Origin: Armatimonadia bacterium
GTDB taxonomy: Bacteria > Armatimonadota > Zipacnadia > Zipacnadales > UBA11051
Direction of reading: 5' to 3'
DNA: 19,214 bases
Assembly (NCBI GenBank): GCA_039683575.1
Contig: JBDKRC010000114.1
Span: forward strand, 1-19,214
Position numbers and translations under genes: made by a program. Below the pieces are notes generated by a model. It made no database searches. It had not been told where the DNA came from and was given only the letters and a program-made list of their open reading frames with translations. The number at the start of each line of letters is the position of its first letter. Within the stretch, counting starts at the first letter, position 1. This document shows positions 7,233 through 14,586 of the stretch, one piece after another.

Positions 7233-9164
7233 ATGCTGCCCGCAAATGCCCCTGTACTGTGCCTGTTAGCTGTGTTGCTCGTGACCTCCGCCCTCGCCGC
7301 ACCCCATGTCATCACCGTCTCCACTATGGGCCCCACCAAGACGCTCCTCGAGGCCCGCGACCTCGCCCGCGCGTATCGCGCTGCCCATCCCGACCAGCCC
7401 GTGACCATCAGCGTGCGCGGCGGGTATTACTTCATGACCGCGCCGGTGGTATTCGGGCCGGAGGATTGTGGGCTAACCATTGAGGGCGCGCCGGGAGCCC
7501 CGGCAGTGCTCGGCAGCGGCAGGCGCATCAGCGGCTGGAAGGAAGCAGACGGCGTCTGGGCTGCGGACGTGCCGGAGGTGAAGGAAGGCAAGTGGGACTT
7601 CCGCACGCTCACAGTCAACGGACAGTGGCGCAAGCGGGCTTTCCTGCCGAAGGAGGGCTTCTTCGAGCATCTCAGCCAGTACAATGAGCCATGGCGCAGC
7701 ACCACTGGCGGGGGCTTCGGAACCGTGCCGGTGGAACTCAAGCGCACGATGATCTACAAGCCTGAGGATCTTGGCGGCTGGCTGTCGAGCGCCAACGCCG
7801 AACTGGTGATCTACCACTCCTGGGACATGTCTCACGCGCGGATCGAGAGCAACGACACGAAGAACAACGTGCTGACGCTCACGCCGCCGCTTGGCTACCC
7901 GGCCGGAGCCTTTGGGATCAAGCGGTACAAGGTTGAGAACATCGCACAGGGCCTGCACACGCCGGGGCTGTGGTACCTGGACCGGGAGAAGGGGCGGGTG
8001 GTCTACTGGCCTCTGCCGGGCGAGAGGATAGAAAAGTGCACCTTCATCGCGCCGGTGGGCACTGAGTTGATCAAGGTCGAGGGCAAGCCGGACCAGCCGG
8101 TGACGAACCTGACGATACGTAACCTCACACTGGCTGACACGAACGTGCCCTGGAAGTCTCCGGGATTTGGGGCTGCGGGCATATCCGAGACTGCCCTGAC
8201 CGTCGCGCATGCGAAGAATTGCGCGCTGGACAAGCTCCACCTGCGTAATCTCGGAGGCAATGCGATCAGGATGTCTGGCGGCGACGCCAACCGCATTGTC
8301 GGCTGCCACGTCGAGTATGTCGGAGCCAGCGGCATTCGCGCGAGCGGCGACAAGCAGCCGGGCATCGGAGACAACCTCGTCATCGCCGACAACCATGTCC
8401 ATCACTGCGGGATGGTCTACAACGCCGCGCTCGGGATCAGCACCGGCAATATTGCCAACTGCCGCATCCAGCGCAATCTGGTCCACGATCTTGGCTACTG
8501 CGGCATCGTGTTCGGCGGCGATATGCAGAATCCGCGGGCCATCAATGGGATCATCGAGGACAACCACATCTACCGCGTCATGACGCAGCTTAACGACGGC
8601 GGGGGGATCTACGTCAGCGCTCAGCTCGATGGCACGATCATACGCAACAACCTGATTCACGACATCCGCGGGCTCAGCGGCCAAGGCTGGGGGATCTATC
8701 CCGATGAGCAATCGCGATTCCTGACCATTACCGGCAATCTGGTATACCGCTGTCTGGGCAACATCCATTGCCACATGGCCCATGACATAAAGATCGAAAA
8801 CAACGTGCTGGTGAACGGGGATGAGTACCAGGTTTCCCTCGCGAGGAGCAAGGACATCAGCTTTGCGCGCAACATCTTTGTCTGCGACGGGGAGCCGATC
8901 TTCTCCAAAGCAGTCACGAAGGTGGGAGAGCCCGTGTCGGCGTCCGATCGCAATCTGTTCTTCGATGTCAGCGGCAAGAAGCCGTCGCTGGGGCAGGTAA
9001 CGTGGGAGACATGGACTGCGGCGGGGCTGGACGCGAACTCCACCTTCGCAGACCCGCTATTTGCCGACCCCAAACATGATGAATATAGCCTGCTGGACTC
9101 ATCGCAGGCGTTCAAGCTCGGGTTCAAAAAGCTGGACCTCAGCAGATGTCCGAAAGGTCTTTGA
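7233..9164 (+). CDS. Secreted right-handed parallel beta-helix protein (GH141-like or pectin-lyase-like carbohydrate-active enzyme)
   Basis: Signal peptide ending ALA; VRGGYY, LHTPGLWYLD, repeated IxxNxIH coils, NDGGGIY, WGIYPDEQS, STFADPLF and AFKLGFK, all typical of this family. Confidence 0.8.
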   Translation: MLPANAPVLCLLAVLLVTSALAAPHVITVSTMGPTKTLLEARDLARAYRAAHPDQPVTISVRGGYYFMTAPVVFGPEDCGLTIEGAPGAPAVLGSGRRISGWKEADGVWAADVPEVKEGKWDFRTLTVNGQWRKRAFLPKEGFFEHLSQYNEPWRSTTGGGFGTVPVELKRTMIYKPEDLGGWLSSANAELVIYHSWDMSHARIESNDTKNNVLTLTPPLGYPAGAFGIKRYKVENIAQGLHTPGLWYLDREKGRVVYWPLPGERIEKCTFIAPVGTELIKVEGKPDQPVTNLTIRNLTLADTNVPWKSPGFGAAGISETALTVAHAKNCALDKLHLRNLGGNAIRMSGGDANRIVGCHVEYVGASGIRASGDKQPGIGDNLVIADNHVHHCGMVYNAALGISTGNIANCRIQRNLVHDLGYCGIVFGGDMQNPRAINGIIEDNHIYRVMTQLNDGGGIYVSAQLDGTIIRNNLIHDIRGLSGQGWGIYPDEQSRFLTITGNLVYRCLGNIHCHMAHDIKIENNVLVNGDEYQVSLARSKDISFARNIFVCDGEPIFSKAVTKVGEPVSASDRNLFFDVSGKKPSLGQVTWETWTAAGLDANSTFADPLFADPKHDEYSLLDSSQAFKLGFKKLDLSRCPKGL

Positions 9165-10501
9165 TGCCCAACTTCATAGTCATCTACATCGACAATCTCG
9201 GATACGGCGATCTCGGCTGCTACGGCTCCACCGTCCATCGCACGCCGAACGTGGACCGCATGGCCGCCGAGGGGCTGCGCTTCACCGACTTCTATAGCTG
9301 TAGCGGCGTGTGCACGCCCTCCCGTGCCAGCCTCATGACCGGTTGCTATCCCCGTCGCGTGAACCTGCACGAAAGCGGGGACGGCTTCGCAGTGCTGCGG
9401 CCGGTGGATCGCAAAGGGCTTCACCCGGACGAGGTTACGGTCGCGCGGCTGCTGCGGAACGCGGGATATGCCACGGCCTGCATCGGGAAGTGGCACCTCG
9501 GCGACCAGCCCCCGTTCCTGCCGACCCGCCACGGGTTCGACTACTACTTCGGCATACCCTACAGCGATGACATGACCGCGCGCCGGCAGTTCCCGGAATG
9601 GCCACCATTGCCACTGATGCGCAACGAAGAAGTCATTGACGCGCCAGTGGACTGCGACTATCTGACCAGGCGTTACACAGAGGAGACCTGCCGCTTCATC
9701 CAGGAGCACAAGGATGAGCGCTTCTTCATCTACTTGCCGCACGCTATGCCGGGCAGCACGGACCGGCCCTTCGCCAGCCCGGATTTCCAGGGCAAGTCGG
9801 CCAACGGACCGTATGGCGACAGCGTCGAGGAGATGGACTGGTCTACGGGGGAGATACTGCGGACGCTGCAGGAGCTTGGCCTGGACGAGGACACGCTTAT
9901 CATCTGGACCTCCGACAACGGCGCGACCAAGCAGGACCCGCCGCAGGGGTCCAATGCCCCGCTGAAGGGTTGGGGGTACGACACCAGCGAGGGGGCGATG
10001 CGGATGCCATGTGTGATGCGGTGGCCCGGCAAGATCGCGGCAGGGCAGGTCTGCGAGCAGATCGCGACCACGATGGACGTCCTGCCGACGCTCGCGGCGC
10101 TGGCAGGGACCGCTCCGTCGCCTGAGCGTCCCATTGACGGCCACGATCTCGCCCCCCTGCTGCTGCAGGGCGCTACGACCTCGCCCTACGACGATGAGGG
10201 ATTCCTGTACTACTTCATGGGGCAGCTTCAGGCGGTCCGCTCAGGGCCCTGGAAGCTGTACCTGCCTCTCACGGGCAAGCTCCTTGGGCCGTCGCAGAAG
10301 ACTGCGCAGACGGCGGCTGAGCTTTACAATCTGCGCGATGACATCGCCGAGGAGCACGAGGTAAGCGCTGAACACCCGGAGGTCGTGGAGGGACTGCAGG
10401 CACTGGCAGAGCGTGGTCGAGATGAATTGGGAGACCTGGACCGTCCCGGTCGGGGGCAGCGGCCGGCGGGGTGGGTTGAGCACCCGACACCGCGCAAGTA
10501 G
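9164..10501 (+). CDS. Formylglycine-dependent (Cys-type, S1) sulfatase, arylsulfatase A-like
   Basis: MPNFIVIYIDNLGYGD, CTPSRASLMTG (CxPxR), GKWHLG, TSDNG and ELYNL motifs; the ATG overlaps the upstream TGA (TGATG, 9162-9166); no signal peptide. Confidence 0.93.
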   Translation: MPNFIVIYIDNLGYGDLGCYGSTVHRTPNVDRMAAEGLRFTDFYSCSGVCTPSRASLMTGCYPRRVNLHESGDGFAVLRPVDRKGLHPDEVTVARLLRNAGYATACIGKWHLGDQPPFLPTRHGFDYYFGIPYSDDMTARRQFPEWPPLPLMRNEEVIDAPVDCDYLTRRYTEETCRFIQEHKDERFFIYLPHAMPGSTDRPFASPDFQGKSANGPYGDSVEEMDWSTGEILRTLQELGLDEDTLIIWTSDNGATKQDPPQGSNAPLKGWGYDTSEGAMRMPCVMRWPGKIAAGQVCEQIATTMDVLPTLAALAGTAPSPERPIDGHDLAPLLLQGATTSPYDDEGFLYYFMGQLQAVRSGPWKLYLPLTGKLLGPSQKTAQTAAELYNLRDDIAEEHEVSAEHPEVVEGLQALAERGRDELGDLDRPGRGQRPAGWVEHPTPRK

Positions 10502-10519
10502 GGCCGACCGTCGTCGGCC
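10498..10519 (+). repeat. GTAG-type REP-like palindrome overlapping the sulfatase stop codon
   Basis: GTAG-GGCCGAC-CGTC-GTCGGCC. Confidence 0.5.
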
Positions 10520-10531
10520 TCCGCACAGTAA

Positions 10532-10562
10532 GCAGCCCGCCAACCTCAGGTCGGCGGGCTGC
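10532..10562. terminator. Hairpin between convergent genes, probable terminator
   Basis: GCAGCCCGCCAACC-TCA-GGTCGGCGGGCTGC; 14-bp stem whose single mismatch is G-U on the minus strand; only weak T-tracts. Confidence 0.6.
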
Positions 10563-10582
10563 ATCGTTTCACACGGCCATGT

Positions 10583-11050
10583 CTAGACGACTACGGCCGT
10601 TCTGCGTGACGCCGCAATCGCGATCACCGCGATGACGATGATCGCCGCGACGATTACCAGCAGGACGATGATCGTGTTGGTGTTGTCACGAGCCTCGGCT
10701 GCCGCCGGACCCGGTGTCGGCACGACAACGGTACTCGGCGGCTCGACGCCCTGGACCGGAACGGGCACCGGCACTGGCTGCGGCGTCGGGACTACGACGG
10801 TATTTGGCGCGGCTGGCGTCGCTGGCGCCGCGGCTGGCCCTGCCGGTCCGGGGGCACCCGCCGGCCCGGGAGGGCCTGCCGGTCCCGGAGTCCCGGCGGC
10901 AGGAGCCGGAGTTGTTGTGCCGCCGGCGCCGCTGGGAGCACTCGCTGCTCCGGCGTCAGTCGGCCCCGGAGCCGGAGCGGCCGGAGCCTGTGCCAGCGCC
11001 ACGCTCGCCACAAGCGTCAGAATTCCCAAAACGAGTAGCAGTCGAAGCAT
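10583..11050 (-). CDS. Small Pro/Ala-rich membrane-anchored protein with a short collagen-like (Gly-X-Y)7 segment
   Basis: Signal peptide MLRLLLVLGILTLVASVALA; GTP-GPA-GPP-GPA-GAP-GPA-GPA; TVVVPTP twice; C-terminal TM helix followed by SRR. Start ATG 11050 (GTG 11065 is an alternative). Confidence 0.7.
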   Translation of the reverse strand: MLRLLLVLGILTLVASVALAQAPAAPAPGPTDAGAASAPSGAGGTTTPAPAAGTPGPAGPPGPAGAPGPAGPAAAPATPAAPNTVVVPTPQPVPVPVPVQGVEPPSTVVVPTPGPAAAEARDNTNTIIVLLVIVAAIIVIAVIAIAASRRTAVVV

Positions 11051-11117
11051 GCCACCCCACCTCACTTCACCTTGTTAGACTACTTCACGGACACTGACGC
11101 CATGTTGGGGAGCAGGT

Positions 11118-11660
11118 TCATTGCGACGAGGTCAACGCGTCGCGGAAGCAGCGGATGGTCTCATCATCGAACAACACGAAATCAGCCTGCACGACCGGGC
11201 CCTGCGGATGTCCCTCGAGGTACTGCAGGACGGTGCAGACCAGTATCTGCGCGCACCGGTCCTTGGGGAAGCCAAAAATGCCCGAAGAGATGGCGGGGAA
11301 GGCTATGCTGCCCAGCCCCCTCTCTTCCGCCGCCTGCAGAGATTCGCGCACTGCGCTCTCGAGCTTCTGATCACCGAGAGGATCGCCCCCGCGGGGGCCG
11401 ACGGCGTGAATCACGTACTTGGCTGACAACGCGCCGCCGCTGGTGACGTAGACCTGCCCTTCAGGCACAAACCCCGCCGCATCCGACTCATCCTGGATGA
11501 CCCTGCCGCCTCGCCGGACAATGGCCGCAGCGACGCCGCCACCGTGCTTCAGATACGAGTTGGCGGCGTTGACGATGGCGTCGGTCTCCGACAGTGTCAG
11601 GTCTCCCTGCAGTACGCGGATGACTGCCCTGCCGATTGGCTTTGAGGTGATGAGGTTCAC
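11118..11660 (-). CDS. Macro domain protein (MacroD/YmdB-like ADP-ribose hydrolase / O-acetyl-ADP-ribose deacetylase)
   Basis: GDLT, DAIVNAAN, HGGGVA, VIHAVGP and SIAFPAISSGIFGFP motifs; GTG start with purine-rich RBS. Confidence 0.92.
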   Translation of the reverse strand: MNLITSKPIGRAVIRVLQGDLTLSETDAIVNAANSYLKHGGGVAAAIVRRGGRVIQDESDAAGFVPEGQVYVTSGGALSAKYVIHAVGPRGGDPLGDQKLESAVRESLQAAEERGLGSIAFPAISSGIFGFPKDRCAQILVCTVLQYLEGHPQGPVVQADFVLFDDETIRCFRDALTSSQ

Positions 11661-11684
11661 GTTCGTCCCCCTTCCGGAATAGTG

Positions 11685-12452
11685 TCACACGCGCCACTGC
11701 AGTGCGGCCAGTTCATCCTCCGTATAGCGCGCGAGGAGCGCCGGGAGCCTACCCAAGGGCTGCGACAGCCACTCTCGCACGGGTTCGGGGAGAGCCAGGC
11801 GCCCGGTAGGCGTCTGCAGCGACTGGAGGAACCGCCGGAGGGCGGCTTCGTTGATCAGGCCACGGCGAGCCAGGAGCAGCGCCAGCTTAATGAAGCAGTA
11901 TAGCACCTCGAGACGGTCTTCCTCCGCAGGCGGCTCAAAGGTACACAGGCTCGCAGCGCCAGGCGCCAGGTCGTCACCGGCCAGGGCACGGTGGCAGTGA
12001 TCCAGCACCTCTGCCGCCTGGGCCTGCTGGCAATGGCGCAGGTGGCTCACAGCGGCGCATACCACCCGCGGCTCGGGGTCGTGCAGGGCTTGGAGCAGGT
12101 AGGGCAGGAGGTTCTTCTCGCCCTGTCGCCAGTGCAGCCCCACCAGATTGACCGCCAACTCACGGACCTCTGCCTGTGGGGCAGTCACAAGCGCGCCAAT
12201 TGCCGGCAGGTATGGTCGGAACAGGTCGGGCTGGTTCACCGCCAGGGTGGAAAGAAGCCACGGGAGATGGACGAGGCCCAGGCCCTGTCGAGCCGCCAGC
12301 AGACAGAGCAGAATGACCTCATCGGCCCGTTCTGGCGGGGGAGAGGCAAGAGCCGCAAGTTCGGGCGCGAGCAAAGGGCGCGAGTCGTCCTGCGGCTCGC
12401 CGAGCACTGTTTCGCGTAGTCGAGTCAGGGCACCATCGAAAACGTCCATCAT
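11685..12452 (-). CDS. Hypothetical helical protein with HEAT-like repeats
   Basis: Leu/Ala-rich; LVTAPQAEVRELAVNLVG and LLQALHDPEPRVVCAAVSHL resemble HEAT/PBS-lyase repeats. Start placed at ATG 12452 or 12449, because the ORF-track start overlaps the upstream gene. Confidence 0.65.
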   Translation of the reverse strand: MMDVFDGALTRLRETVLGEPQDDSRPLLAPELAALASPPPERADEVILLCLLAARQGLGLVHLPWLLSTLAVNQPDLFRPYLPAIGALVTAPQAEVRELAVNLVGLHWRQGEKNLLPYLLQALHDPEPRVVCAAVSHLRHCQQAQAAEVLDHCHRALAGDDLAPGAASLCTFEPPAEEDRLEVLYCFIKLALLLARRGLINEAALRRFLQSLQTPTGRLALPEPVREWLSQPLGRLPALLARYTEDELAALQWRV

Positions 12453-12472
12453 GCAGATACACCGCCACCACC

Positions 12473-12497
12473 GGCCGGGCACGAGCCCCGGCCCTAC
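12473..12497 (-). repeat. GTAG-type REP-like palindrome
   Basis: Minus strand GTAG-GGCCGGG-GCTCGTG-CCCGGCC, in the gap between the flavoprotein and HEAT genes. Confidence 0.6.
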
Positions 12498-12508
12498 GGA
12501 CCGAGGGG

Positions 12509-14485
12509 CTACTCGTAGATGCGGCCCTCGCGCCATTCCTGCCAGGTGGTCTCATACCACGAGGTGTCGTCAGGCAGCGGCCGGACTTGTGTCGGCCACG
12601 CCTCAAACTGTCCTCTTGGACTCAGACGTACTTCGATGATCTCCTGCCTCATCGCCAGGTTTTCGGCCCGGTGGGGCAGGCGGGGGCCCTGAGCAGTATC
12701 AACGACCATATTCCCTTCACGATCAAGTACCATGTAAGCGCCACGACTGCCACCACCGCGCTCGATCAGGTTGTTGACTGCCGTGAGGAATGCGATGTGC
12801 GTCAGGCAGAGATGATGGTTCTGGACCGCCTGGGGCAGATCGCAGGGGCTCTGGACGCGGATGCCCTGCTTGATACGCTTCGCCAGCGCCTGGGCCTCCC
12901 CCAGCGCCTGCCGCACGCCCTCGGGAGTGCGCACGAACCCCGCCGCTGCCGTCATGCGCTCCTGTATCTCCTTGCGCACCTGCTCTGGCCTCGGCGCCCG
13001 TAGGGGTGCACCCAGGTGCGCCCGGAGGTTTGTGACCTCTTCGGCAATCTGCTCCTTGGCCACTGTCAGAAGCTCCTGCGGGTTCAGGGCCTCACGCTCA
13101 TGGGCGGCGATGAACTGCGCAGCGCGCATGCCTCCGACCTGTCCGGCGTTGAGGGCGCTGCCGCCGGGGCGGACGCCGTGCGTTCCCGCAACTTCGCCAA
13201 TGGCAAACAGATTACCGATGGTGGTCCGCCACCACAGGTCCACCGTCAAGCCGCCGTTGCAGTGCTGCGAGCAGACCGCGACTTCCAGCGGCTGGCGCAG
13301 GTCAACGCCATGTTCGCTGTACAGGTCAATCGCCAGCGGATTCATGTGCAGCAGTCGGTCGAAAGGCGTAGCCTGCGTCGCGCCGGAGCGCTCCAGGTAT
13401 TGCCGGGCCTCCTTGGGGAGCTTTTTGAGGTTGAACTTGCCTCCGCCCACGTTCTTGGTGAAGTCCATGTACACCCGGCGCCCCTTCTGGCGCTCTTCGT
13501 GGACCGCGATGTCCACCAGTGAGGAGCCGAACTCCTGCAGTCGCCCGGCGTGGAAGGGCCACTGGTAGCCCTTCAGGAAGATGTTCCCGGCCATCTCCTG
13601 CGGGGTGCGGTAGTATTCGGCCAGAAAGTCGTGGTGTTGGCCGGCTTCGTCCACGCTGAAGTAGCTGGGGATCACCTGCTGGTAGGTTCCGGAGAGATTC
13701 CAGCGGAAGCCGAGGGAGGCGAGGCCGAACTGGGACTCGCTGAGGTTGTTAGCCTGCGCGCCGATCTCCAGCGCGAGGCCGTGGTTGCCGATCTGCCCGT
13801 GGGGGTAGACGGACAGTTCGTACATCTCGCCCGGCCCGCCGGTGGCCATGATGGTGTTCTCAGCCCAGAAGATGGTCAGGCCCATCTCCGGGCTCTCTAG
13901 CCGCCGCAGGTTCAGCGCCACCACGCCGATCACGCGGCGGTTATCGCCGACGCCGCTGGTCAGCAGGCGGATGACTTCGTAGCCATCGAAAACCTGCGCG
14001 CCGGCCTTGCGAAGCTGCTCCAGCGACTTCTGGACCATCTGGATGGAGGTCTTTGGACCTGCCGAGGTCGCGCGCTGGCGCGGGTCGTGGTCCGTTTTGT
14101 AGCCCACATAGGCCCCGTAGCGGTTGCAGGGGAATTCTACCCCGTTACGGATAAGATGGAAGAACTCCGGCAGCGAGCCGAGCGCCTCAACGTAGGCCAG
14201 ATCGCCGTGGCACATCCCGCCATTGAACAGCGACCGGGCAAACTCCATCGGGCTATCGGGCACGTCGCCAAAGACGCCCATCTTGTAGTAGGTCTGCTTG
14301 TCAGAGCCGGAGTTGTTCGAGGTGCCGGCGCCGAGGCAGTCGGTGACGAGGGCAAATTCCTGGCCGAGATCGTGGAGGTGTTCGGCGCAGTTGAGGCCAG
14401 CGGCGCCGGAGCCGATGATGAGGTTGGAAACACAGAACGCGTTGATGACGCCGAGGCCAGGGACCTCGGTGTGGAGAGCCTGCAT
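12509..14485 (-). CDS. FAD-dependent oxidoreductase of the SdhA/FrdA/NadB superfamily (divergent, substrate unknown)
   Basis: IIGSGAAG dinucleotide fold, IMATGGPG, QHCNGGL, NLFAIGEVAGTHGVRPGGSALNAGQVGG and C-terminal SRGA; start at ATG 14485 after AGGAAG. Confidence 0.85.
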   Translation of the reverse strand: MQALHTEVPGLGVINAFCVSNLIIGSGAAGLNCAEHLHDLGQEFALVTDCLGAGTSNNSGSDKQTYYKMGVFGDVPDSPMEFARSLFNGGMCHGDLAYVEALGSLPEFFHLIRNGVEFPCNRYGAYVGYKTDHDPRQRATSAGPKTSIQMVQKSLEQLRKAGAQVFDGYEVIRLLTSGVGDNRRVIGVVALNLRRLESPEMGLTIFWAENTIMATGGPGEMYELSVYPHGQIGNHGLALEIGAQANNLSESQFGLASLGFRWNLSGTYQQVIPSYFSVDEAGQHHDFLAEYYRTPQEMAGNIFLKGYQWPFHAGRLQEFGSSLVDIAVHEERQKGRRVYMDFTKNVGGGKFNLKKLPKEARQYLERSGATQATPFDRLLHMNPLAIDLYSEHGVDLRQPLEVAVCSQHCNGGLTVDLWWRTTIGNLFAIGEVAGTHGVRPGGSALNAGQVGGMRAAQFIAAHEREALNPQELLTVAKEQIAEEVTNLRAHLGAPLRAPRPEQVRKEIQERMTAAAGFVRTPEGVRQALGEAQALAKRIKQGIRVQSPCDLPQAVQNHHLCLTHIAFLTAVNNLIERGGGSRGAYMVLDREGNMVVDTAQGPRLPHRAENLAMRQEIIEVRLSPRGQFEAWPTQVRPLPDDTSWYETTWQEWREGRIYE

Positions 14486-14510
14486 CTGCTTCCTACTTTC
14501 ACAGGGTGGA

Positions 14511-14535
14511 AGGTATCTCCCTGTTGGTGGCGAAT
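14511..14535 (+). promoter_or_regulatory. Putative sigma-H-like promoter upstream of the HEPN-like gene
   Basis: AGGT(14511-14514)-N17-GAAT(14532-14535), with GGC before GAA. Confidence 0.4.
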
Positions 14536-14555
14536 GGACGTACTCCAGAGGGCAC

Positions 14556-14585
14556 ATACTAACGCAACGCGGGGTGGTATGGCAA
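14556..14585 (-). promoter_or_regulatory. Putative sigma70-type promoter for the flavoprotein gene
   Basis: Minus strand TTGCCA-N18-TAGTAT. Confidence 0.3.
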
Positions 14586-14586
14586 C

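Noticed and set aside
6221..10144. Long minus-strand ORFs (395, 436 and 482 aa)
   Set aside because: Antisense shadows of the DUF4432, beta-helix and sulfatase genes; expected in GC-rich DNA and without motifs.
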